Shown piece after piece: positions 1-12,800 of a DNA stretch of 64,000 nt (position 1 is the first letter of the stretch; each line of letters begins with the position of its first letter). This stretch comes from Acanthaster planci (Eukaryota). The notes under the pieces are model-generated. The model was not told the DNA's origin, searched no databases, and saw nothing but the letters and a program-made list of their open reading frames with translations. The stretch lies in contig NW_019091358.1 in NCBI RefSeq assembly GCF_001949145.1, positions 992,961-1,056,960 of the forward strand, in the 5' to 3' direction. The position numbers and the translations under genes were made by a program.

Positions 1-2465
1 TTTTATCATGGGATGACATCGTAAAAGTAAGCAACTGAGATCGACCTACCATGAACTCAGGTAAACGCAGGATGGAACATCAGCCTACGCTACTGGTGCT
101 CAGACCTCTCCAACTTACCATGTGTACAAAGGGATAATCCAAGTTGTAAAGTAGATATCACACTCGTTGGATGCCGTCATCACGTAATAAATTTTCTCAG
201 CATGTCGTCATCCAACTTTTGCGATGTCATCATCTAACGTGTCGTCAGATCATTGATGTACACGCGTCAGCCAGAGGTGGAGAACTTCTACACATTGTGG
301 ATAACATGCATAAAGGTAATCTGATATTTCGGGCGACCACTGAGGATCATGTCTGTCAGCAAGAGCGAGGGAGAAAGTGCGGCCAAGGTTCCCGGTGAAG
401 GTTTGACTTCAGTCTAGTGTAGTAAATATTAAAGGATTTTAAGATGTGAATTGGGATATTTTCATCGTGCACAGGGCTTCTTACATTAGTATTCTGCAAT
501 CCCTACCTCCCTTAAGCGTATGACGTCAGATAACGCTAGGCTGGTTCTCTTTCCACCAAGATACAGTCTTTTATGCTACAAAAGCCGTAAACCCGTCATC
601 TTGGACTAGAGCGCCTCCACGTTGGGTCGCCATTTTCTTGAAGGGTGCCCGGGCCACTTCCCCGGGAGGCAGTCTCGCGCCGGTTACCGGGCTTCGCTCT
701 TGCACATATCGGACGGCTTCGCTCTCCCGGCTGGTGTTCCGACTGGTCTGCGGGTTTGTTGTCCTCCGGCACCGGGCATCATTGGTTGGATTTATACCCC
801 GGTTTGTGATGTTTCTCAATCGTGTTGTTGTCACGTTTTAGGCATGTATCGACAAAAAGGATTTTCTAAATATAATAATTGTACAACAGTGGATCTGATA
901 AAAATTCAATAAAATCAATAATTTAACATTGCATTATTTTATCACAAAGTCGCCTGTATTTTGTAAATGGATCTCACTTTTAGTGCATCACAGGCATTGA
1001 AATCCAATTGAATTCGGTAAATGGCTTTATGTAAGGTTGGTTTATCCCATATGGGGGCCAAAATAATTGCATTTGGTTCCATATCTGTTGTCATCGAAAG
1101 TGACAAGGGCAGAGTACCAGTATTGAGCCTAATGCATATGCAAAGTCTTTGTTTTTTTTGCGGGGGGCAGGTTGAGCCAATATCCAGGACATGCAGGACA
1201 TCTCCACATGCTCGATATCCATAACGTACTTCATTCGTTATGATTTAAGACAGAAATTTTCATGAAGTGTGGTAAGATAAATTTGTTCTTTACCTATTTC
1301 TGCCATTTAGCCTTTTCTAGAGTTCTCATCGTTTGGATTACATAAACACATTACATTACATGTTTTTCTTAAAAACGTATAATTTTCTGATATTTTCTAC
1401 ATGTTCTATTTGTGACCAACGCAACGACGTTTACACTGTCACGGATTACATGTACGCGTGTCACGTCCTTCTTTTGGGACCACGTGTTACGGGCCAGGCT
1501 GTACTGTTGTGTTGTTCATGCTTTACAATTTTCATCAACTGCTCTTTACATAATATATTTTTCGATATTTCAGCATGTTCAAAGAGACGTGTCTTCTGTC
1601 TTTCTCATGGTGCAAGTGTTTTCGACCTCTGTCAATGTCTGCCTACCTTTACTGACAATGCATGTTCTTTTCATAATTTTTGACTTTTAAGTCAGTGTTT
1701 CTCATTTATATATTATTCACGGCAATTCCATTGTTTTCTGGTTCTGGAACCCATCAGCAACCTTTGCTCACAAGTTGTTATTTTAATTTACCGTATAGGT
1801 GAGGTAATAAGGTTATAGTAACAAAATTCAATAACTATCACTCTTTCCGCCTCCTGTACATTGGTACTCCTTAATATGAATCATGTCATTAATGAATAAC
1901 TAAGTATCACAGTAATCAACAAGTTAATATTTACTTTCTTTTAACTCATCAGATATTATTTACATTACAAAACGGACCTTTATCAAAACACCAGGCAATA
2001 AGGCAAATAGCTACTACCAATTCTATTACAGTACAAGGCCAGTGAAGAATAAGATGTTCACTTAATCCAAATGTTCGTTATGGGCTGTTTATTATTATAG
2101 ACTCTGGTACCTTTCAACTAAATCCAAAACTACCTAAAACACACCAACCACATGCCCCATTTTTGAGTTCTTAAACTATCGCACAATGAAATCCATCTGA
2201 CTCATCAAGTCTTTCAACCATCTTTTGATTATACACTTATTAGTAACATGATAATACTGTATACTACCAAACAAAACCAATTTAACGAACTTACGTAGGC
2301 TACAACGACTTCATAACTACGCTGTAACATTTCCAATTTGTTACTCAATAAACCGTTTCTTTCACTAAATACATATTTTGCATTGTCTCATATTCCTTAC
2401 AGTTTCACCCCTACACAAAAATATTCCCCTTTCTTTCTACGAAGTCAATAGTGTTTTACACTTAC

Positions 2466-3690
2466 AAAACTAGCAGCTAGTCTATACTATTGTTAGAGAG
2501 AAACCCGCAGGTGCCCCATCCGCCTCCCCGCAGTATCCGGCGGAGGTGGCTGCGCACCCGCGAATTTTTTGGCCACCGCCATGTTGGAAGCGGTGTCCCG
2601 GCCGAGCGGCTGCGTTTTGTGCGGGGTGGGTGCCTGGGGTCCCGGCGCGTCCTGAAGGGTGCATTCCACCAAATGGTTGTATTTCTGCGCACGAGCTCAT
2701 TAATATTTTGTGATCCCTCGGAGGTTTTACAATAAGACATGCCATAATCAGGAGGGATCATAGAAACATTTCTATAAATCCTGAAGATGGGACTGACAAA
2801 TTTCAGTTTTCGTTATTTCTTTCACAAAAAGCCCCAAATTGCGGGCCTATTTCGGATAGAGGCGGGCGGCTACATTCAGAGCTGAGCGCCTAGTTTTACC
2901 ACTAAAGTTGAGGGTATCTTTGGGGGAAGGCGAATAAAAAATTTTTTCGTGGCTGACCCCATAAAATTGAAAAAGTGATCTCCTGGCCATAATCTTGCAT
3001 TTCCAGTAAAAATAAACCGAGGCCAATCTCTTCCTGAGAGTCAACAGGCGGCGCTATTTCGGTCTGATTTTACACTGTTTTCTATGGGCATGTATTTGGT
3101 GTAATGTATTTATAAAAATGTTTCTATGATCCCTCCTGATTATGGCATGTCTTATTGTAAAACCTCCGAGGGATCACAAAATATTAATGAGCTCGTGCGC
3201 AGAAATACATTAATGTAATGCAACCTGAATTGAACCGCGCCATCTTGCCCGGATCGGCCTCCCGAACTGAGCCTCTGTAGCGTTCGTCCATTGGCTGACC
3301 CGTTGGCCGTCTCGGACGGTCTTTGCTATTGGTTGTGTGTGCGCTGGTCTCGATGCGGATCTTCCTCCGGTCGAGCCGAGTACCGTGCGCTCCTGCTCCT
3401 GCCTTTTGGTCCGGTGCAGTGTGCGTTGGTTCCCCGACGGTTCTCCGCGTTCCTTGGTAGTGACGTACATCTAGTACCCGCTGTGGCATTCCCGCTTGTC
3501 ATGATTGGTCCACAAGAACATTACGCACATTCACGATCTGTTTCCCAGTCCCGTATTGTTATCCGTGATTTTTCGTGCACGCTCCGTGGCGACGTCGTAC
3601 CAGCGGCACTGTTTCTTCTAGGTTGGTATCAGGAATACGGGCGATTCACAATAGTGCGCCACCAAGAGTTTGCAACACGTTGGCCAATCA
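2466..3690 (-). promoter_or_regulatory. Putative CpG-rich promoter / non-coding first exon of a minus-strand transcript running off the left edge
   Basis: GC/CpG-rich blocks at 2490-2670 and 3230-3600. YY1-like ATGGCG motifs on minus (~2577-2585, ~3238-3247), several CCAAT/ATTGG boxes, and a perfect GTAAGT donor on minus at 2465-2460, followed by G-poor plus-strand (intron-like) sequence. No coding exon identified. Confidence 0.35.
2678..3209. mobile_element. MITE with ~102-bp near-perfect terminal inverted repeats, probable TA target
   Basis: 2678-2779 is the reverse complement of 3108-3209 with one mismatch seen. TA dinucleotides lie at both outer ends and the interior is non-coding. Confidence 0.9.
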
Positions 3691-3708
3691 TAACGCGCAA
3701 AATTTGTT
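3634..3708 (+). repeat. Dispersed repeat fragment (second copy at 40695-40768)
   Basis: AATACGGGCG(A/T)TT(C/T)ACAATAGTGCGCC(A/T)CCAAGAGTTTGCAA...CCAATCA is shared with 40695-40768. This copy runs into the assembly gap. Confidence 0.8.
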
Positions 3709-3862
3709 NNNNNNNNNNNNNNNNNNNNNNNNNNNNNNNNNNNNNNNNNNNNNNNNNNNNNNNNNNNNNNNNNNNNNNNNNNNNNNNNNNNNNNNNNNNN
3801 NNNNNNNNNNNNNNNNNNNNNNNNNNNNNNNNNNNNNNNNNNNNNNNNNNNNNNNNNNNNNN
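3709..3862. other. Assembly gap (154 N)
   Basis: Run of N. Confidence 1.
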
Positions 3863-6800
3863 TGAATATCCATGTCCATCTCAAAGTGCCGTAGACGATC
3901 TCGCGTTGTTGACAGCATACTAACTAACCCCACTGTCTAAAAATCACGGTCGTAGTGCCTGAGCATACATACAACTGTTTTCATTACTTGGTAATAATGC
4001 CAAATGTAACAATCCCGAAAATGCACATTGATTTTTACCTTGATTTTCAATTCATGTTTTTTCGGAGGGATGGACCCAGTTTGTAATCTGATGATTCTGA
4101 AGTGACTTCCCACGAACATTTACGAGAGAAAAAAAAAACAGAATGTGCACACTTAGGTTCCGTTCTTCAGATCTAAGGCCAGTGTAAAAGGTATCGATCC
4201 CCAATACAAGTGTCGGCTAGGCCACATCTCACTGTCCTCTACACACCATATAAGCTGCCTCATCACTGGACCCTCTGCAGTCTCCTGACGGACAGAGCAA
4301 ACTGGCCGAAACGTGAGTACCACCGGTTCTTTTCAGAATCCCACATACTAGTTTACTTGAAAAATGGTGAAAATACTCTTGACAGATCTTTTTTTCAGAA
4401 AAATGATCACCCATCCCAGACCTGGAATATCTATGCACGTTATGTGCACGAAAAGAACAGTCCGGTTTCTCTACATTTGCATCTTACAAGTGATCGAAAT
4501 GCGCATGCACGTGTGTGTACATGAATGCACATACAGTGGATGCGCGTAATCGTGTCTTAAGACGCTGTGAGGTAAAACTGAACATATTGTCTAAACACAG
4601 TATTAATTTTTGGTGTGAAAATCAAGTGGTAATCCTTTTGTATTATTTACACCATGAGAATTTGAAGAGTATTACTGGAAAATAACGGAATTCACGTTTT
4701 TTATTACTGTAATATCTGAGAAAAAGGCAACAGTTGGTGTTCAACTGTTCTCTGCTTCTTCAATAACTCCTTTGACTAAGAGCAACCGAGCCATCATGCC
4801 CAAAGTATATATAAGCGTAAAAGGTCTGAAAATTGTCCAGATCTTGAGATTGTGGTGTCACCGGAAAGAGTACTTGTTCCTCTCTCCATTGCACAAAGTG
4901 TCATGTTCAGATTTTTTCGTCACTAGGGCCTACTGAAGTATCCATCTTAAGTTTTTATCAACCTGACTTTCAAAATCAGCTAATTAAATAGCCTAAGCAT
5001 TTCAAAAATTCATTTGCATGGTCCATGACAAGGAATTTATTCTTTAAAAATCTACGCGCGTAGAAGTAGTGTGAATAAATTTCAGAACTTATCATTAAAT
5101 TTTAGAATCGACACGGAATACGGACGAGAATTTCATGCCTGGAAAATGTCATTTACTACTTTTGTCAATCTGAATGAAATTCCTGTTTGTAGTCGGTATC
5201 GGTTCTGTCTGCTGGTATTGATTATGCATATTTATTGAAGAAACGGGAACAGCCTGGACTGTCCCCATCGATTTTCTTAACGGCTGCTCGTGTGGACCAA
5301 TGTTAGCAGTTCAAGCATGAAGCCGGTACATGTATTATCATTTCCACCGTCCTATTTCAACAGTCAAGAGAGAGCCGACAGAGGTAAACTTATTATGCCC
5401 GGAAACGGCCCGGTGCTATGCGTCGCTGGAAGGGGACACGGTACGCGATGTGCGCGTTTGTTGGGGGCGGATGTTGCATCCGCACATGCCAGTTTTGTCA
5501 GCAAAGACAAGATTCTGTCGACACATATAGAGAAGAAAGGGGAAAGGGAAGGGGGTCAGGTAAGTCTCAGCTTCAGGAATCAAGCTACTAATACACTCAT
5601 GAAAATGCCCCCCCCAAGCCCATGTGTTTTATTTGTTTTCCAGTTGGGAGCATTTTATTTCTATATAGTTGAAACAAACATGTGCCTCTATTTGCAAAAC
5701 AAATTGCAAAACAAATATTTAAAATCATGTTAATTGAAACCCAAAGATGTAATTTCAAGGGTTTTTAGTAAAATTTATAAAAATATTCCTATTTCCTGGT
5801 TCCTTTAAGGGCTTGGACATTGAGCAAATAATTTCTTTGATCAGTTTGCTTAGTTACGAAATCGTGACCTCCACTTTTGTTTTTAGGTAATTTATACACT
5901 ATATCAATGATTTCTATTCACAAACTGGAGTAAAGAATACAGAGTTCGGATTCAGATTTGATAAATAGTCTGAAAACGTTCGAGTATAGGGGAATTTTAT
6001 CACTCAATATTTGACCTAATGTAGTAAAATAATTATAACACCGATCGGCTATGTTCTGTGTTGTCGGTTATCAATACTTCCACCGTCACGTGTTTAGATC
6101 TCTATGTAGCGAGATTCCATCCGACATCCATCCAACATAGGAAAACATACTGTTATTAGTAGAAAAAACTTTCCCTCGATTCAGCTCTTCATATCTAGTG
6201 TGTCGTTCTGCAGTGCAGCAAATGTTAACTTGTCATGGGTAGGACTCACATCAAGGCAGTGCGCACCGGCTATCTCCGTACCCTCAGGCTCCAACGTGTC
6301 GGTTGACGATCCCGGCTATTTCTTGTCCCTTTTAGTTGGCATAGCGGCTACAAGTATTTACGAAAAGCACGAATTAATTGTACTGGTTAGTGGTTTAAGA
6401 TGATGGTATAAGGATGCAAAGTTTTTCGGCGATATGTTCTTTGTGATTTTGGTGATTTTCGTGGTGGTAAGCATGCTTACACACACAATTCTCAACGTCT
6501 TGTGAGAGACTTTCCAGTGGAGCTGTTAATAAATCAGGCTTTGAACATTGTCCCACACGGTAGCGGTAGGAAGAGAAAGTAGCGCCAACTATAGATTTTT
6601 AAGAACCAAAATGGTTGTTCATTATGTTTGCAGTACAGTATGTAGCCATTGAATTGTGTGCTAATTGTCCCTGTGCGCTAGTGCTTAATCCGCCATTTTG
6701 GTTCAAACAGCTGAGACACTCATGTCACAACTCTCTCTGCAAACCACTCTGCACGGTCCTCAGCCAAAGCGCCCTCAATTGGCACTAGCAGGAATGTTAC

Positions 6801-9800
6801 AAACTCAAGTATTTCCTGAATGCTCTCTGCACCCCAGATGATGAGTGGTAAGGTGAGAATTCAGTTTAAATTATATAAAACAGGTAGAAAAATACACGAT
6901 CGCTTATCAACGATTGATAAGTCACTTAATGAATGGTCGCACTGGGAAACTGTTGCTAAAAAGTTCGTTGACGACCCCTGCTAAAATCCTCACGTTGTGC
7001 GTGAACGACACAGTTTCTAAACGGGACTTAATTAATTTCTTGAGTATTTATTTAATCCTTTCTCGCGAAAGGTAAACCAAATTTTGATTAATGTATTAAT
7101 GTTATAATGCTAAGTACTGTTATTAGTAGAAATTATGAGAATTAAATGAAAAGCAATAAGAATGTTATTCCCTGGAAGCAATGAACGGGATTAAAAAAGA
7201 AACACCTATACAATACATTCCTGGATAGGAGACACATTTGCACTTTACCTCCATGGTATCACTTACACCACTACGCCAAGCCATTTTGGGGACCGGGAGA
7301 GTGGCTTAGCACTTGAACTTGACTTACTCTTCAGTGAAGTACTTCTTTTGGTGTCGGCCATGGTGAGTATTTTCTGATCGGTTACAACATCTTTCTATGG
7401 GCCTTTTCAATATGCCTGTCTTTATAAACTCATGAATCCTCCAGGCAAAAACATCATGATTTTTATTTGTTGTCCCAGATTTCTATGACAATCTGTTTTC
7501 AAGTGCATGGTTCCATTGAGTTTAGAATTCACATGACACCTCTGCCCAGATATCAGACACGGTTGTTCACTGTCCTTAAGCATAGATAGAGTTCCTTAAG
7601 CATAGATAAACCTTCCATTGTTTATTTGGTATGTGTAGAGATCTTTACAACAAGTTATTTCATACTAAAAGTACCTCAACAAGTCAATTTTAATTGAAAA
7701 AATAAAATGTCCACAGCAGTGACAAGGTAAATTTTACAAAAGGTCAACGGTTGCTTCCGACAAAATTAAGGTTGAGATTGGTAGACATCATCAGGCCGTC
7801 ATCTACAAAGCGTGTGCCCCCGCATACTATTCCACAAATTCCTCACTTAAACACGGGCCGGACCAGATGTTCTCCGGAACACCGTCGACTTTTACACCTT
7901 TTTAACACCACACGACCCCAATGTTGGAAAATGTCAAAAGCATTCAAATGATGTGCCAGTTGCAGCTTTAAACGATTGTTATGCACTTAAGCCCTCTGTA
8001 AGACCAGTTTTATCTGTCTTTGATATCAAGGGTATTTTCGTCTTTTAATTTGTGTACGTTTCCGATGGATAATTTTTTGTTTTGTCCATATGTATTTTTT
8101 CTATTCTCAATTATGCCAATAGAATAATGTCAGTCAAATTACACTGGTGTGGACTTTTGCGCCAACGTCCTGCTTTCACCGTTAAAAAAGGCAAACAAAA
8201 TCTGTTATGTCCAAACCGTGCGTTACATTTACATTAGCTTCGATACATCGTTCGTATCTTTATAACGCTGAGTAGAGCGGCCAGCCCAGCAGATTTTACT
8301 CCCATCAAACTCAACTTAGCCTGGAATAACTGAAATATTCCCAAAAGAAGGCATGAATTGGTGTCTGCTTCCTATTTCTCGAATGCGCTTTTTGCACTTA
8401 AGTTAACGTGCATTTTATAGTCGTTTGTGAACCAGCTAGAATAATTGCGCCCTCTCTCGGTCGGGGCTGATATGCTGTACGTGTATGACAAAGGTCGAGA
8501 TTGGGCGGCCTGTTTTTGACCCCAGCTACTGAAAAAAAGTAGCGCACCAGGTTTCACGGGCTAGTATTAAGTCGCTTCCGTTTTTTGACACGGGTTTCTT
8601 CTTCTCGAGCTCGAACAGCGGGAACACGACTCGAGAACATTGTTCTTGGAACAGGATCACACACTACCTCCTCGTCGGTGTTTTACAGGAACACACGGAA
8701 AAACTAGTGAGATTTAGATTTTTGAACAGTTGCAAAAAAACTAACGCTTTTGGCTTACAAAGCTGGAGATACGGGAAATTTTGCAAAATTAACATTCATA
8801 ATTTTCTATAACACAGAAACGGATGCTCCTTTTTAATTAGAAAAGAATTCAGCCTAGTTATCCAAACATTAACGTTTGGAGAACGTACACGGACACCACC
8901 ATGTTGCTTGTCACTAATTTCCGGCAATAACGGACGATTGTACATGTACATATACGTTCCCAGCGTTTGAGCGGTCCGACGACCCACGAACAACAAATCG
9001 AGCTGTTCGTGAACATATGAGAAGCCGCCCGAACTCAGCCAAATGTCTAGGATGCAGGGCGCACATTTCAGTCATTTTAAAATTAACCGTTAAAAGGTAT
9101 ACAAAAGTGGCAGTAAGTATAAAACAAAATAATACGGGTGATTCAAAATCTCAGTTTTTCTAAATACGGGCAATTCCCAATACGGTGCACCAGCAACAGA
9201 TTGCCAACTTGAAGTTGACAGCTTCTATTCGCCGAAAGCTGCCGATCATTTGCCACAAATCGGTACAAAGAATGGTATTTCCGAGGCAACCTTTTGGAAA
9301 CTTATTAGAGAAAGGTGATACATCATGGATATTTCCGTAGGTCAACGACAGTATCCGAAAATAGCAAATATGTGTTCAGGGGAAACGTCAGCCAGTTTCA
9401 GGAATTCCTCTGTTTTTGTCATGTGAACATGGCGGTTGCTGGATGTATTTTTTAACATAATACGCTGGGGGAACCCAACTTGTATAAAGGCTATAATCGT
9501 AGCCCTGGAGGAATTTTTTTTCAAAGGCAAGGGTGACATGTTTCGACTGGGGAAGCTTTCACAAGGCTTAAAGATTAGTCTCCTCTCGAGACTGGCAATA
9601 AAACCATTTTCAAACTGGATGTACACGGTGTATGCCAAGGAAGTTGTGTATTAAAAAAAACACGCTTACTGAAACTAAAGATCCTTCTAATTAGTTGGAG
9701 ATCCATCTAATTAGTTGGAATCTTTTGGTCTGGGAACTAGACAAAAAATTTCCCTGGGCACCGAAGCCACCATGTCTGTGCCTGCCGCGTACGCGACGTA

Positions 9801-12800
9801 CCTGTGGGGCGCCCTCATACTTCAGTTATTGTTGTCTCTTTTCAGATCGTCCTACTATACTTCAACAAAAAAAAGCAAAATGCACTTTTTAGGGTTAAGC
9901 TGAGTTACGAAGCTTCAAAGGAAATTTTCCAGCATTGTCTAGGTTATGAATTGCATAATCCCTAGCAGATCCAACAGAGCCCATGCCCCACGCAGCAATT
10001 TTATAAAAAGTGAAGAAGCTGATTTAGGGACAATTTTCATTTCACTTTCCTCTAAAAGCGTGTAAAACCCCCCAAATTTAGCCTCTCCCGTCAAAATTTG
10101 GTGACACTAAAAATTGCCCCTCTCCCTAAAGCATTTACATGTAGACTCTGCATCCAACTTTGGCATACCGCTACTCCCCCACCTCCTAAAAAAATCGAAA
10201 CTGAACTGTTATTGACATTACTTAAATAGCGAAACTTCAAATGAGAGATTTCAGGCTAAAACATTTGTCTAAAAGTCAGGGCGTCCCTTTTTAATTCTAT
10301 AATTTTAATCCTCATATTTTTTTTGTGCGTCTGAGGGTCGGTCGATCTGAATAAAAAATAAAATTCTTAGTTAACAAAATCCATAGTAAAATAATGCAAA
10401 GTGGTCGTGCATGTTTGGACGGCTCAGAACTAACTTTTCTTTCCATGATATTTGAATAAGTAAATTAAGAAACCTATCTTTAGCTACTTTTGATGTAAAT
10501 TACACGGAATGACTTCACTAGCTCATGTTCGTTCAGCAACACCTTCGTCGTCCATAGTTCTGTACCAGTCGATTTACTCCTTGGTATTTCCAAAGCACAC
10601 AAACTCTGTTCTATCGACACACTGTTGATCCGCCTACGTGTTTAATGATATTTTTACGACGTAATTTAATCTGAATAAATGTTTCAGACCCTTGTCTGGC
10701 GACAGACATGCATACGAGTTATTTCCATTTACCAATTTCCACTATGTTAAACAACAGCCAACCTCCGGATTCGAGACATCGGACTTTGAGGTATTTCAAA
10801 TTATTTAAAAAAAGATTCCATTTTATAAATGTAACTGCCACGTCACTGAAGAATAAGGCTCCCAACTTACATGAGACAGTTCAAAACTCGTTTACCGTCG
10901 ACTCGGAGGCGACAGAAACATCACTGTTTGGCTTCGTCTGTGTATGTCACTCTGCAGGCAAATTTACGTTTTGTGGGGGAAAAAATACCGATTCCAATAG
11001 ATGTTAATGTATTTTTTCCCACAAAATCGGAAAGTGTGCCATTTTTTGTCATGTCGACAGAATAAAAAATAAAGGTTTCAATTTTTTCTTCGGTCGGGAG
11101 TCAGAAACGGGTTGGTCAGAAAGGAGAAACACAGAATTGAAAAAGAGATACCTCTTAATACGCAGTGAATAGACTCTAGGTTTGAAAGCTGGAACGGGAG
11201 CATGGCAACTTTTTGGAACAAGTTCATGCCATGTCTTAAACGTTATTGGATGTATTCTGTATAGCGGTGTTCGATAACAGATGGAGACAACCAAATAGAC
11301 CTTTACAAAGAACCTGTCGACTCAGATAACGACCAAGTTGACTTCCAGCTCGGTACTGTGTTTTAAAGAATGAATCAAAGATGTTTGGCGAGTTGAACCA
11401 CGACGTTTAAAAGTTGAAGTTATTCGATTTAGAACCAGTTTTAGAACACCACCCAAGTTTGGAAAAGTAGGAATCATGAGCATTTTCATTCTCAATTCAT
11501 TTCGGTTCTCTTCCTGGTATTAGGACAGAGTAATGGATGTGGAATTCAGTTTGACGCTGGAAAGCACCATGTAGCAATGTCTCGTTTCTTATCATAATGT
11601 TCCGAGGCGTATTTTCCCGTGCACACACGGAGGAAGATCCCACCTTCGTGTTCGAAGAGGGGAGAAGGGTCATTTGATCCCGTCCATATAAATGTCTCTG
11701 ATGAACACCTCAGAAATGCCGATCATGACATCCTCTGCCAACTCGACAGAAGGGTATAGCAGAAAGGAGCAACTTCACAACAAAAAGCCAAGAATCTCAA
11801 GATTAAAGTGATGTGAAATGAACTCGACAACCGTTGGTAATCGTAGTCTAGAGTGGATAAGTATGCTGGCTAACACAAATACTGAAAAATCTTGTTTGGT
11901 TTAAATTTCATCCCAAGAGAGAGTTAAAACTGCACCTCCTCTATGCATATTCATCGATTAAGGGTACCTTACGATTTTTGTGTTTTTTTTCATTAGAATT
12001 AATGTCTGTTCATATAAACCTAAAAATATTAATTTTGGTTTAAATAAACACAATTTTTAAAGGTTTTCTAAAGGTTTTTTGAATAGATTTGTCAGTCTTC
12101 AGCTTTCATCCCCCGTACAACCTATGTAAGCAAGCCTAGTCTAATGACATACAGTGTGGCCTTCTGAATTTTCATTATAATTATGTCTTTTCATGAACCA
12201 TACCCCAATGCCCATCAAACAGTCATAACGAAATCCTCCAGTAGGCCTCCGCTACAAATAACAAACAGACTGGTCTAACAGAAAATATCACATTATTTGT
12301 CTTCCTCGTGTCTACCTTTCTGTCAGTTCAATAAGGTCCCTTTATAGCGTGTATACCGATACGCAGGTCTATGCTTGATCAGTTTAAATCTTCGTGGTGA
12401 TCAAAAATAGAGAAGAGGGCCGATTTCCGGTTCCAGACGGCGGGGATGGGACGAGGGAAGCCGTTTTGTCTTCTTGTTTCAACTGCCTAGGCTGACTGAA
12501 AACGCAGATGACGCTTTTCCATTCTACGGGCCAAAAGTCTTCACATTGCACCGAGACCAAAACTACATTGTACTTTTGCGCGTATTATGTTACTGGTATG
12601 TATCCAGAACAACAAATTAATCTTGACGATTCGAGATCGAGCCACAATCCAAACAGACGTTACATATTGTTAGACGCTGCACTCATTCCAGATTCAATTC
12701 TAACAATTTTTTTTTAAACGCGATATGCAAACAAAGTGTAGGGCCTAAGTATATACCCGCAACTTTCCTGCGCTCTTTTCTGTTATATTATTACCAGCAA

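Noticed and set aside
3291..3933. Long ORFs spanning the first gap (also 27279-27509)
   Set aside because: Length is inflated by Ns.
7573..7610. Short tandem duplications (also ~9686-9720 and ~43213-43262)
   Set aside because: Ordinary 20-27 bp slippage duplications.
9160..9654. Stop-poor stretch on both strands
   Set aside because: No recognisable domain or splice context; too short to separate from chance.
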